64,000 nucleotides of DNA from Bdellovibrio sp. (lineage in GTDB: Bacteria; Bdellovibrionota; Bdellovibrionia; Bdellovibrionales; Bdellovibrionaceae): assembly GCA_036676395.1 (NCBI GenBank), contig JAKFCY010000003.1, forward strand, positions 288,001 to 352,000. The letters are read 5' to 3'. Both the position numbers and the translations under genes were made by a program. Under the pieces are notes generated by a model. It was given only the letters and a program-made list of their open reading frames with translations. It was not told the origin of the DNA and ran no database searches. Below, in pieces: positions 9,735 through 19,133 of this stretch (position 1 is its first letter; every line of letters begins with the position of its first letter).

Positions 9735-10883
9735 ATGAGACGATTTTTATTAGTTTTTTCTAGCGGTATTTGTTTAGTTTGTATCAATATGGCACACGCT
9801 CAGTCTGGTTCGGCGCCACCCTCATCAACTCCGCCTGTACAAGTTACGGTTCCGACCTTTAATCCGGGCAGTCCTCAAGGTGTTCAACAACCTATTCAAA
9901 ATGGAAATTCCGGGGCTCCGGCTACTGGCGCAGCTGCTCCTGTAGGAAAATATTACGAATATCTTTCATACTGTCGCCAGCCTTTAGAATTTAAAAATCC
10001 ATTATCAGATGCAGACTTTGCAATGGCACTTGAACCATTTAAAACAACATTCAACAGCAAAAAAACTTTTCCAAATTTAGAAGCTATGGTTGATTTTCTG
10101 ATCAACGAAACACGTACAAAAGAAGCACGTGCAGTCGTTATTGAAAATAAATCTTTATTGACCGTGGCTCAGGACAAAGCTTTACAGGCACGAATTCTTA
10201 TTGCTGACCGCAAATATCGTGAAGCAATTACTGTTTTAGATTCGGTGCCTGACGAAGGCAAAAATGACTTGCTTGTGCTGGTCGAATATTCGCGGGCTTA
10301 TCGCAAGGTAGACAATTTATTCGAAGCCAAAAGCGCTCTACAGGATGCAATTAAAGTCGATAAAAAACATGGCAACAAATACCTTTTAGATTTATGTATT
10401 TTAGAGACTGAAGACTCAAATCACGCTGAGGTTGACGTGGTTTGCGCGAAAGTTTCAAAGATTTTTCCTAAAGATTATTTATCTTTGATTTACATGGGAA
10501 TTTCACTTCGCGAGAGACTCAATTACAAAGAGGCACAGAAATTATTTGAACGTTCAGCGCAGATTGAAAAGAACGAATTTGCACTATCTTGCTTAGGTGA
10601 AGTTTTTTATTTACAGAAAAATTTTGGTAAAGCGATTGAAGCTTTTAAAGCTGCCACAAACATTGAACCAAAATCCGGACGTGCTCAATTAGGTGCTGCA
10701 CAATCTTTATATCAACTGCTTCGTTACGACGAGGCTTTGCCATATTACATTAAAGCCTGCCAGCTTGATAAATCGTCAGCGACTAGATTTCGTGAGGCCC
10801 AGCAGCCTCTAGAAGCCGCGAAGCTAAAGGTTTCTACGGCTTACTACCAGGGCATCCAGCAATGCGGCGGTATTCGTTATTAA
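9735..10883 (+). CDS. Secreted TPR-repeat protein
   Basis: Signal peptide ending AHA-Q, Pro-rich linker, TPR repeats (LGEVFY, AIEAFKAA). Confidence 0.75.
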   Translation: MRRFLLVFSSGICLVCINMAHAQSGSAPPSSTPPVQVTVPTFNPGSPQGVQQPIQNGNSGAPATGAAAPVGKYYEYLSYCRQPLEFKNPLSDADFAMALEPFKTTFNSKKTFPNLEAMVDFLINETRTKEARAVVIENKSLLTVAQDKALQARILIADRKYREAITVLDSVPDEGKNDLLVLVEYSRAYRKVDNLFEAKSALQDAIKVDKKHGNKYLLDLCILETEDSNHAEVDVVCAKVSKIFPKDYLSLIYMGISLRERLNYKEAQKLFERSAQIEKNEFALSCLGEVFYLQKNFGKAIEAFKAATNIEPKSGRAQLGAAQSLYQLLRYDEALPYYIKACQLDKSSATRFREAQQPLEAAKLKVSTAYYQGIQQCGGIRY

Positions 10884-12253
10884 ACGATCCCGCCAATAAG
10901 GTCATATTCCATACTTTCAGTAATTTCAACCTGAACGATATCGCCGATTTTAGCTAAGCCATCATTGATTAATACAACACCATCAATTTCAGGAGCTTGC
11001 TGAGATGTACGGCCTTGTAATAACAATTCAGTTTCTTCGCTGTAACCTTCAACTAATACTTCAACTGTTTTACCAATGAAGGCTTCGTGTTTAGCTTTAG
11101 AAATACCTTGTTGAATCGACATTAAAGCATCATGACGGAAGTCTTTGATATGCTCTTCGATTTGGTCAGTCATTTTTCCGCCTGGAGTGTTTTCTTCAGG
11201 CGAATATTTAAAACAACCCACGCGATCAAACTGCTGCTCAGAAACAAATTTTAATAACTCTTCAAAGTTTTCAGCGGTTTCACCGGGAAAGCCCACGATA
11301 AATTGCGTGCGGATAACTGCATCTGGAATTTCAGTGCGGATACGTTTTAACGCGATTTCAATTTCTTCGCGCGTCATCTTACGGTTCATTTTTTTAAGAA
11401 CGTCGTTATTGATGTGTTGTAATGGCATATCGAAATACTTTACGAACTTTTTGTTCGACTTCATTAAATCGATAAGTTCTTGTGTGATTCCATCTGGATA
11501 TAAATACAACATACGGATCCACTGAATACCGTCAACTTCAGCTAGAGCTTTTAATAGCTCGACTGGGGTCTCTTTAGCTGTTGGGTCTTTGCGACGTAAA
11601 TCCCAACCGTAGTCTGTAAAGTCATGGCTGATAATAATTAATTCTTTAACACCGCCAGCAGCCAATAATTTAGCTTCGTTAACGATATTTGGAATTGTAC
11701 GTGATTGTAAGTTACCGCGAATTAATGGAATTGCGCAAAAGGCACAACGCTTCATACAACCTTCAGAAATTTTTAAGTACGCTCTGTGTTTAGGTTGTGA
11801 ATTTACCCGCGGAGTAGTTTCTTCTTGTAAGTAAGTTGGCAAATTAAAGAACGTTTTCTTTTTATCTCCGGCATCGTGGCTTTTTAAAATCTTAGCGATA
11901 TTTTGAAATTCACCGCTGCCAACAAAAAGATCGGCTTCAGGCAAACCTTCAACTAATTCATCTTTATAACGTTGAGTTAAACAACCAGCCACAACAACTT
12001 TTTTGATTTGGCCCTGTTCTTTTAATGCCGTCATATCCAAAATTCTTTGGATAGATTCTTTTTTAGAGTCTTCAATGAAGCCGCAAGTATTTACAACAAC
12101 TGTATCAGCGTCTTCAGCGTCGGCTACAACTTGATAGCCGTCTTTCATTAATGTACCGGCCATGATTTCGCTATCAACCAAGTTCTTAGGACAACCTAAG
12201 CTGATAAAGTGGACTTTTTTAGGGGCAGTTTCTGGAGTTATTTTTTGGCTCAT
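10880..12253 (-). CDS. rimO: Ribosomal protein S12 methylthiotransferase
   Basis: SLGCPKNLVDSE, NTCGFI, CxxxCxxC radical SAM motif, APEIDG, TRAM domain. Confidence 0.97.
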   Translation of the reverse strand: MSQKITPETAPKKVHFISLGCPKNLVDSEIMAGTLMKDGYQVVADAEDADTVVVNTCGFIEDSKKESIQRILDMTALKEQGQIKKVVVAGCLTQRYKDELVEGLPEADLFVGSGEFQNIAKILKSHDAGDKKKTFFNLPTYLQEETTPRVNSQPKHRAYLKISEGCMKRCAFCAIPLIRGNLQSRTIPNIVNEAKLLAAGGVKELIIISHDFTDYGWDLRRKDPTAKETPVELLKALAEVDGIQWIRMLYLYPDGITQELIDLMKSNKKFVKYFDMPLQHINNDVLKKMNRKMTREEIEIALKRIRTEIPDAVIRTQFIVGFPGETAENFEELLKFVSEQQFDRVGCFKYSPEENTPGGKMTDQIEEHIKDFRHDALMSIQQGISKAKHEAFIGKTVEVLVEGYSEETELLLQGRTSQQAPEIDGVVLINDGLAKIGDIVQVEITESMEYDLIGGIV

Positions 12254-12933
12254 TGGCTTACGACCTCATCAGATTTAAGAGCATTGTATTTAAATAGTTT
12301 AGAAGAAATTTCTGTAGTGAAGCTGGGCTTTTCAAAATTGATTTGAATTTCAGAGCCCACATCGTCTGTATAAGAAAGCTGAGTTAACGTTTTATCTTCT
12401 TTTGAAAAAGACAGCGTCATATCTTTTAACGTTTTAGCTTTGTCTTCAAGTTTTAGGATTAAAGACTTTTTGTCGCTAGAAACTGTTTTGGTTTTAAAAT
12501 TTGCAAAAAACCTTTTTGGCTGGCCAAACAAATCTGACAACAAACCTAATTGATTTTTACTGTTCACCTTTAAGAAAATAACTTTTCTTTTGCCGTCTGG
12601 ATCAAGTTCTTGATCCGGGTAGGCGATTAAGTAAGCCTTTTTGCCATCAAAAATCATTTCTGATTTTTTTTCGCCCTCAACAGATAAGTTCAATTTGCCC
12701 AATTGATGAGTCATGACACCTTTATCAGTTGTTTTCGTGCCCAAAACTTTTTTTTCGGTTTGCATTTCAAGTTTGATTTGCACACCAGATTTTTGATTAT
12801 ATTTTTGCAAGATCTTTTCAGCTTGTGCTTGATCACTAACGGCTTTTTTTGCTAACGCCAGTGATGTGAACGGCATTAATAACATAGCCGGCAACAAAAC
12901 AAAAAATAGACGAATTTGAGAGAGAAATTTCAT
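12250..12933 (-). CDS. lolA: LolA-family outer-membrane lipoprotein carrier
   Basis: Signal peptide, beta-rich fold with IFDGKK motif, typical position upstream of rimO. Confidence 0.65.
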   Translation of the reverse strand: MKFLSQIRLFFVLLPAMLLMPFTSLALAKKAVSDQAQAEKILQKYNQKSGVQIKLEMQTEKKVLGTKTTDKGVMTHQLGKLNLSVEGEKKSEMIFDGKKAYLIAYPDQELDPDGKRKVIFLKVNSKNQLGLLSDLFGQPKRFFANFKTKTVSSDKKSLILKLEDKAKTLKDMTLSFSKEDKTLTQLSYTDDVGSEIQINFEKPSFTTEISSKLFKYNALKSDEVVSQ

Positions 12934-12952
12934 GCTCTTGGTATATCAGATT

Positions 12953-13633
12953 TTACTCAAATTCGATAGTCATAGTTTCTCGCCGAAACGCAGTCCAGAG
13001 TTCGATGTTTTTGGGACACACTTTTAATGTTTTTAAAACGTTATAAGCCGCCTCATACGAGGCCCCCGTAGTCATGACATCATCTACGACAACGATCGTC
13101 TGGCCTGAACGCATTTGCTCTGTAAATTCTTCATTCAGATTAAAGCTAATTTTACGCCGTTGTTCTTTGGTTTTCGTCTTTTGCTCAGTGACATCCGCAG
13201 TGTCGATCCTTAATAAAGGCAGCACCGATCCACCACATTGTTCTGCTAAAGCCTGTGCAAAAAACAGCGAATGTTTGCGGTTTTTGCGACTTGGAATCGG
13301 TATAAAAATAATTTTTCGGTCTATTGAAATTTCTTTTAGCGAAATAAAATAACGGGCAATTTCACACCACAACGGTTCGGCGATCGGAGACTTTAACAGA
13401 TAGACGTATTTTGAAAGAATATCGCTTGCTCCAGGAATCCATTTAAACAAATAGCGAAACCGTAAGCCGGATTTTTCTAATTCTTCGGCTTGGTCTGCTG
13501 ACGCTAAATACTGATCTAAAATATGATATTCGCACTTTAAACAAAGTCCGCGAGCATGCACGACCAAGGATCCGCAGCCGACACAATCAATGATCCATAA
13601 CCGATAAAGCCAAAAACGTAAATTCTTCCACAT
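12953..13633 (-). CDS. comF: ComF-family phosphoribosyltransferase-like protein
   Basis: CxxC...LCxxC zinc ribbon, IPIP, VVVDDVMTTGAS PRPP motif. Confidence 0.8.
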   Translation of the reverse strand: MWKNLRFWLYRLWIIDCVGCGSLVVHARGLCLKCEYHILDQYLASADQAEELEKSGLRFRYLFKWIPGASDILSKYVYLLKSPIAEPLWCEIARYFISLKEISIDRKIIFIPIPSRKNRKHSLFFAQALAEQCGGSVLPLLRIDTADVTEQKTKTKEQRRKISFNLNEEFTEQMRSGQTIVVVDDVMTTGASYEAAYNVLKTLKVCPKNIELWTAFRRETMTIEFE

Positions 13634-13670
13634 CGTGTGGTAGAACTTTGCAATTATTTGGCCGGATTAA

Positions 13671-14141
13671 TTAAATATTGTGATACGGAATGCGTTTGAT
13701 AATTGTAAAACCGCGATAGATTTGTTCAAGCGCTACAGTTTCAGCGACTAAATGATTCATCACCATTTTTGAGAGTGAAACTTTAAGCTGAGCGCGACTT
13801 TTTACATCCTCAGAAACGCCAAACGCCCCACCGATAATAAACACTAAACGTTTTTTACCAGACATTTGTGCGGCTTCGATTTGTTTTGAAAACTGAATGG
13901 AATCCAGATCTTTGCCTTTTTCATCAAATAAAATTACATAATCGTCGTTTGTGATTTTTTTTAGTAAATCTTCTGATTCTTGTTTTTTCTTTGCGGCCGC
14001 ATCATCACGATCGGATTTAGATGATTTCAACGAAACCACCTCGAATGGGATATAGGGATTTAATTTTTTAGTGTAAGTGGCAACCGCATGATCAAACCAT
14101 TCTTCTTTGGCTGTTTTGAAGTCAAATAGAACGGCTTTCAT
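13671..14141 (-). CDS. rlmH: 23S rRNA pseudouridine-1915 N3-methyltransferase
   Basis: FIIGGAFG, SLSKM, EQIYRG, PYH SPOUT motifs. Confidence 0.95.
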   Translation of the reverse strand: MKAVLFDFKTAKEEWFDHAVATYTKKLNPYIPFEVVSLKSSKSDRDDAAAKKKQESEDLLKKITNDDYVILFDEKGKDLDSIQFSKQIEAAQMSGKKRLVFIIGGAFGVSEDVKSRAQLKVSLSKMVMNHLVAETVALEQIYRGFTIIKRIPYHNI

Positions 14142-14143
14142 AA

Positions 14144-15163
14144 TTATTTTGATCCGGTTTTATCAGTAAGAGTAAACTCTTTACCGTCTTTCCAAAGTTC
14201 TTCCATACGGTATTCTTGACGAACGAAATCGTAGAATAAATGGACGATCAATGGACCGTAATCCACAACAACCCAACGGCCTTCATCAACACCTTCAACC
14301 CCTTGTGGGTAAACGTTGAATTCTTCTTTAACGGCCTGAATTAAGTTTTCAGCCATTGAAGCCGCATGACGCGTGCTCGTGCCTGAAGCGATTAATGTAT
14401 AGTCTGTTGTTGTCGAAGTTTCGCGAATATCGTAACCACGAACCGCGATGCCTTTTTTATCAAATAAAACCTGAGCGCAGAAATCAGTAAATTTTTTGTA
14501 ATCGCTGATTTTAGCATTCGCTACGCGGTAAAGTTTGTGTTCTTTGATATAGCTTTCTACCGCTAGTGGTAAAAACTTATCAACAGGACGGCCAACTCGT
14601 AATTTTTTGCGCAATTCAGAAGATGCGATATCTAAATCTTGTAAAGTTAAGAATTCTATTGAACGGCCAGTTGTTAATTCAACTGCGCCAAAGTCACTTT
14701 CAGCAACTAAACCTGATAAAAATGCCGGAAACTCGTTTTCAGTTTCTGGAATTTGGTAACCCGGACGAGTTGTTACAACAATATTTACTTCAGAAAGAAT
14801 TTTTTTATAGTCTTTCCATTCGTTTAACGTTTCAAAATTATCTGCACCGATGATTAGGTATAAATCTTTTGATTCGTAAGTTTTACGTAATTCTTTGATT
14901 GTATCGATTGTGTAGCTTTTGCCACCGCGTTTTAATTCGATATCATCAATGTAGAAAGCATTGCCATAAGTAGCAAATGCCAACTGCGCCATTTTTAAAC
15001 GGTGTTCGTCGGCCGCTGTTTCTGTCGGAACTTTTAATGGATTTTGACTGTTTGGGATAATGTGGATTTTATCAAAACCCATCTTTTTTTGTACGGTTGT
15101 TAAGCTGTTAACGTGACCATTATGGGGAGGATTAAAACTTCCTCCGAAAATTCCGATTTTCAT
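14144..15163 (-). CDS. nadD: Nicotinate-nucleotide adenylyltransferase fused to ribosome silencing factor (NadD-RsfS)
   Basis: FGGSFNPPHNGH, SYTIDT, IIGAD, ASSELR; C-terminal ASGTSTRH...WVVVDYG.IVHLF...R..Y..EELW (RsfS). Confidence 0.93.
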   Translation of the reverse strand: MKIGIFGGSFNPPHNGHVNSLTTVQKKMGFDKIHIIPNSQNPLKVPTETAADEHRLKMAQLAFATYGNAFYIDDIELKRGGKSYTIDTIKELRKTYESKDLYLIIGADNFETLNEWKDYKKILSEVNIVVTTRPGYQIPETENEFPAFLSGLVAESDFGAVELTTGRSIEFLTLQDLDIASSELRKKLRVGRPVDKFLPLAVESYIKEHKLYRVANAKISDYKKFTDFCAQVLFDKKGIAVRGYDIRETSTTTDYTLIASGTSTRHAASMAENLIQAVKEEFNVYPQGVEGVDEGRWVVVDYGPLIVHLFYDFVRQEYRMEELWKDGKEFTLTDKTGSK

Positions 15164-15166
15164 TCT

Positions 15167-16228
15167 CTATACCTGTTCTTTATCAGTGTCGTTGTCTTTA
15201 ATTTTTGAAGCTAAGACTTTTTCAGCAAGCACTTGTAAAAGCTCGTTAATGTTCTTACCCGTAACGCCTGAAATAGCGTAACCAGTTACATTAAATTTCT
15301 TTTTAAATTGCTGTTTAATTTTTTCAAGTTGATCTGCTGATAACAAATCAATTTTGTTAAATACTAAAATTTGTTCGCGCGATGATAACGGAAAAAATCC
15401 GTCTTTGTCTTTGCTCATCTCATCGTATTTTTCGATTTCAAAATTGATATCTTGGTAATCTTGAAGCGGATCACGGCCACTCATGCCAGATACATCCACG
15501 ATATGAACAAATAAACTAGTGCGTTCAATATGTTTTAAAAATTGAATTCCTAAGCCGACACCTAAATGCGCGCCTTTAATTAAACCTGGGATATCAGCTA
15601 CTACGAAATTTGAATAATCGCCCACTTTAACAACGCCTAAGTTTGGCGTTAAAGTTGTAAATGGATAATCAGCAATTTTAGGTTTAGCTGCAGAAATACG
15701 AGAAATTAATGTTGATTTACCTGCATTCGGAAAACCAATAATACCCACATCAGCAATAAGCTTAAGTTCTAAAATGATTTCTTTAGTGTGGTTGTCTTCG
15801 CCCGGTTGAGCATATTCAGGGGCTTGGTTTACGCTGGTTTTAAAAAACGCATTACCTTTACCGCCACGGCCACCTTGTAAGAAATTGATCTCATTAAGTT
15901 CAGTTAAATCAAACATAACATCATTTGTTTCAGCATCACGAATGATTGTTCCTTCTGGAACGATCATCACGATGTCAGCGCCATGATGGCCTGAACAATT
16001 CGATGCACCACCGTTTTGGCCATTTTCAGCGTGATATTTTTTATAAGGCTTATAGTCGACTAAAGAGTTGATGTGCTTAGAGGTTTTAAAGATAACATCG
16101 CCGCCTTTACCGCCATCGCCGCCATCTGGGCCACCACGAGGAGCAAAAGATTCACGACGGAACGTAACAGCACCCGGGCCACCACGACCAGAAGCAACAG
16201 TGATTTTAACTTCATCAACAAATTTCAT
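15167..16228 (-). CDS. obgE: GTPase ObgE/CgtA
   Basis: MKFVDEV start, Gly-rich Obg domain, GFPNAGKS, DIPG, NKID. Confidence 0.97.
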   Translation of the reverse strand: MKFVDEVKITVASGRGGPGAVTFRRESFAPRGGPDGGDGGKGGDVIFKTSKHINSLVDYKPYKKYHAENGQNGGASNCSGHHGADIVMIVPEGTIIRDAETNDVMFDLTELNEINFLQGGRGGKGNAFFKTSVNQAPEYAQPGEDNHTKEIILELKLIADVGIIGFPNAGKSTLISRISAAKPKIADYPFTTLTPNLGVVKVGDYSNFVVADIPGLIKGAHLGVGLGIQFLKHIERTSLFVHIVDVSGMSGRDPLQDYQDINFEIEKYDEMSKDKDGFFPLSSREQILVFNKIDLLSADQLEKIKQQFKKKFNVTGYAISGVTGKNINELLQVLAEKVLASKIKDNDTDKEQV

Positions 16229-16232
16229 ATGT

Positions 16233-16279
16233 CCTTTGCGTGCCTTCGGCACGACCCCTTTGCATGCCTTCGGCATGAC
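16233..16279. repeat. Tandem 23-nt palindromic repeats (period 24)
   Basis: CCTTTGCGTGCCTTCGGCACGAC and CCTTTGCATGCCTTCGGCATGAC; each has a 6-bp stem, with a compensatory change between copies. Confidence 0.85.
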
Positions 16280-16298
16280 GAGACTCGATTTAAACAAT

Positions 16299-16322
16299 AA
16301 AAAAGGAGCCTTCAAGGGCTCC
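16299..16322 (-). terminator. Intrinsic terminator after rpmA
   Basis: Minus strand GGAGCC-cttgaa-GGCTCC followed by TTTTTT. Confidence 0.8.
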
Positions 16323-16355
16323 CTCTTTATGCGAATGTTGTAATTGAACTACTTA

Positions 16356-16616
16356 TTACGCAGTTTTTGGGTAAACGCTAACTTTAAATTTATCTTTCGA
16401 AAATCTTTCAAATTTAACGTGACCTAAAATCACAGCGTAAATCGTGTGATCACGGCCCATTTTTACGTTGTTACCAACATGGAATTTTGTACCACGTTGA
16501 CGGATGATAATTGTTCCTGATTGCACTAATTGGCCACCGAAACGTTTAACACCTAGACTCTTTGCCTGTGAATCCCGACCATTCTTGGTACTACCACCAG
16601 CTTTTTTACTTGCCAT
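16356..16616 (-). CDS. rpmA: 50S ribosomal protein L27
   Basis: [16 protein letters not shown]...RQRGTKFH. Confidence 0.98.
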   Translation of the reverse strand: MASKKAGGSTKNGRDSQAKSLGVKRFGGQLVQSGTIIIRQRGTKFHVGNNVKMGRDHTIYAVILGHVKFERFSKDKFKVSVYPKTA

Positions 16617-16643
16617 TGTATACTCCGATTTCTCTTAAATTAA

Positions 16644-17246
16644 TTATTTCGTTTTCTTAGTTGTTTTTTTAGCGGCTTTTTTAGCTGCTGTTTTCACTGA
16701 GCGTTTAGAAGTAGCTTTTTTAGGAGCTGCTTTCGCTGTGGCTTTCTTCTTAGGAGCAGCAGCTTTTTTAGCTGGAGCAGCCTTAGGAGCAACACCGTGA
16801 GCTGCTGCGCGGCCTAAACCGATGCCTGCTTCTGCACGAGCGCGTGAATCTTCAATTTTAGTTTGGATACGTTCAGCACGTAATGCTGTCATATCTTTTA
16901 CTACTGGTTTGCCTTCTGCTTTAGAAGATTGGCCATCTGGACCCGCGATAGCTTTAATGAAAATTTCAGTGAAATCTTGTTTGTGAGTTCCAAATTTACG
17001 GTAGCCTTGACGACGACGTTTTTTGAAAACGTACACTTTACGAGTGCGGGCTTGCTTAGTAACAACAACTGTAACACCAGCGTTTTTAACTAACGGAGAT
17101 CCCACGTGAGTTTTATCACCACCAACTAGTAATACTTCGTTGATTGTGTATTCTGCGCCAAGAGCTTGTTCAACCTTGTCGATTTGTAAAACATCGCCGG
17201 CTTGAACTTTATACTGTTTGCCGCCTGTTTTAATAATTGCGTACAT
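16644..17246 (-). CDS. rplU: 50S ribosomal protein L21 with Lys/Ala-rich C-terminal extension
   Basis: MYAIIKTGGKQYKV; about 100 extra residues including KKAAAPKKKATAK. Confidence 0.97.
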   Translation of the reverse strand: MYAIIKTGGKQYKVQAGDVLQIDKVEQALGAEYTINEVLLVGGDKTHVGSPLVKNAGVTVVVTKQARTRKVYVFKKRRRQGYRKFGTHKQDFTEIFIKAIAGPDGQSSKAEGKPVVKDMTALRAERIQTKIEDSRARAEAGIGLGRAAAHGVAPKAAPAKKAAAPKKKATAKAAPKKATSKRSVKTAAKKAAKKTTKKTK

Positions 17247-17484
17247 TCTTATACTCCTTGATTGGATTAACTTGTCTTAAATAAGAGTGATCGTTAAATC
17301 ATTTTTGGTCTGACCCTGTCAAAGCCAAATGTTTTTATTTCAGTCTAGATTTTTCTTACTCTTAGCGACATGTCATATGTAGTTTAATTCGATATGGATG
17401 ATAATTACCGCATTATTAATACCTATTTAATATATTTTACGAATTACTATTGCTATTATTAACAATCTCTGTTGTTATTGCTTC

Positions 17485-18591
17485 ATGGATGTTATCCATA
17501 AAAGAAGGATCGCCCCTCCCTTAAAGGCCCCTTTAAAAAAGAACCTATTTTTACTTTCTCCCCGTCAAACGGGAAAAAGCTCATATCTGAAGGCTTTGCC
17601 TTCAGTAGATTTGTATCTAAACTTGCAAGAGGCAGATACGTTTCGAAAACTCTCATTTCAAAAAAACATTATTGAAAAGTTATTAACTCCAGACATGAAA
17701 ACTGTGGCGTTAGATAATGTTCACCGCTTACCTTCGCTGTTAGATCAGGTTGAGCACTTAAATAAAACACAGAACGTGCATTTTATTTTGTCGGCCTCAC
17801 AACAGATGAAAAAACATCGCGCCCTGGCAGCTGAAAATGCTGATACAGTTTCACTTTTGCCGTTTTGTTATGAAGAACTTCAGGCTGGTTTTAACTTAGA
17901 TCAAATTTTAAATTTTGGTTCACTACCTTCTGTTTATGATTTTCAACATAAGGCTGTGCTTTTAAGTGATTATGTCGGTTTGTTATTTCAAGCTGACTTT
18001 ATTCAGTCAGGAAAAATTCGTAAGATCGAAAATTTTTCGCGTTTTTTAAACGTGGCTGCCGAATACAACGGCCAGTTTTTACATTATGAAGAAATTGCTA
18101 AACTTTGCGAAGCGCCGGCACGCACTGTACGAGAGTACTTTGAACTGCTAAAAGAGATGCACCTAGGTTATGAAATCCAGTGTACGACATCGCGTAAAGG
18201 CGCCAAACGCTCTAAGTTTTATTTTTTCGATATCGGTGTGGTGAACGCCCTGAAAAATGATTTTAATATCGAACAGGATTTTGAAAAATCTGAAGCCGCT
18301 TTAAAACACCTTATTCTAACCGAGCTTATGGCTTATAAAAATTATCGTAAGCCCGATATGAAAATTGAATTTTGGTGTGATTATCAGGGTAACGAAATTG
18401 ATTTTTTAATTAATAATGAAACCGCCATTGAAGTGCGCGGCACTAAATCTGTGAATAGCCAGCATTCGCGCCGGCTTAAAAAATTCACGACTAAATTTTC
18501 AGTGAAAAAATCGTATCTGATCAGCCGCGACCCACAAAGCTTAAACGTTGAAACGTTTTTAAAAGACTTGTGGCGCGATAAAGTGATCTAG
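17485..18591 (+). CDS. AAA_14/DUF4143-family ATP-binding protein with degenerate motifs
   Basis: SPRQTGKS Walker A, FGSLP, KFYFFDIG, EIDF...AIEVR. Confidence 0.8.
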   Translation: MDVIHKRRIAPPLKAPLKKNLFLLSPRQTGKSSYLKALPSVDLYLNLQEADTFRKLSFQKNIIEKLLTPDMKTVALDNVHRLPSLLDQVEHLNKTQNVHFILSASQQMKKHRALAAENADTVSLLPFCYEELQAGFNLDQILNFGSLPSVYDFQHKAVLLSDYVGLLFQADFIQSGKIRKIENFSRFLNVAAEYNGQFLHYEEIAKLCEAPARTVREYFELLKEMHLGYEIQCTTSRKGAKRSKFYFFDIGVVNALKNDFNIEQDFEKSEAALKHLILTELMAYKNYRKPDMKIEFWCDYQGNEIDFLINNETAIEVRGTKSVNSQHSRRLKKFTTKFSVKKSYLISRDPQSLNVETFLKDLWRDKVI

Positions 18592-19121
18592 TAATTAGTA
18601 ATAAACGGTGCTGGCGATGGTAATGGCAATTGATCCATATCTGCCGGGTACTGAACATATTCTTTTGAACATGTGAAGGCCGCATTACCTGCGTTATCAA
18701 CAGCTGCATAAAATGTCTGAGCGACTATTCCGCATTCTAAGCTAAACGGATTAGTGGCTTTACAGATTTTTTTCATGTTCGTTAAAAACTGATTATCGCA
18801 GTCTAATTTAGATTTATTACTTGTCGTTGGTTCGTGGTGATAACACAGATCGTGAATGATACAGGCTTTGAAAAATAAGGTTTTGTATTTTCCTTCGGGC
18901 GCTGAGCAACCATTGAAATACATCACTTGGCCTTCAGCATTTTTCTGCTTACACGCTTCGCCCATTTTAACATTACCAGTTGCGGGACAAATCCATTCAG
19001 GAACAATTTCTCCCCCGGTTTGGATGCAGTATTCAGTTAATTGCTGATCCGCGTATGCCGCTGAAGTTAATGCAAAAGTAAACGTTAGAACAAGCGTAAG
19101 GCTTACCAAAAGTTTTTTCAT
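18588..19121 (-). CDS. Secreted Cys-rich phospholipase A2-like protein
   Basis: Signal peptide; CIIHDLCY followed by CDNQFLTNMKKIC. Confidence 0.7.
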   Translation of the reverse strand: MKKLLVSLTLVLTFTFALTSAAYADQQLTEYCIQTGGEIVPEWICPATGNVKMGEACKQKNAEGQVMYFNGCSAPEGKYKTLFFKACIIHDLCYHHEPTTSNKSKLDCDNQFLTNMKKICKATNPFSLECGIVAQTFYAAVDNAGNAAFTCSKEYVQYPADMDQLPLPSPAPFITNY

Positions 19122-19133
19122 ATAATTTCCCTG

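Noticed and set aside
16233..16279. Possible mini-CRISPR
   Set aside because: Only two copies separated by 1 nt, with no spacers and no cas genes
16229..16315. N-terminal extension of ObgE in the ORF track
   Set aside because: It runs through the terminator and repeats; the canonical MKFVDE start with an SD is at 16228
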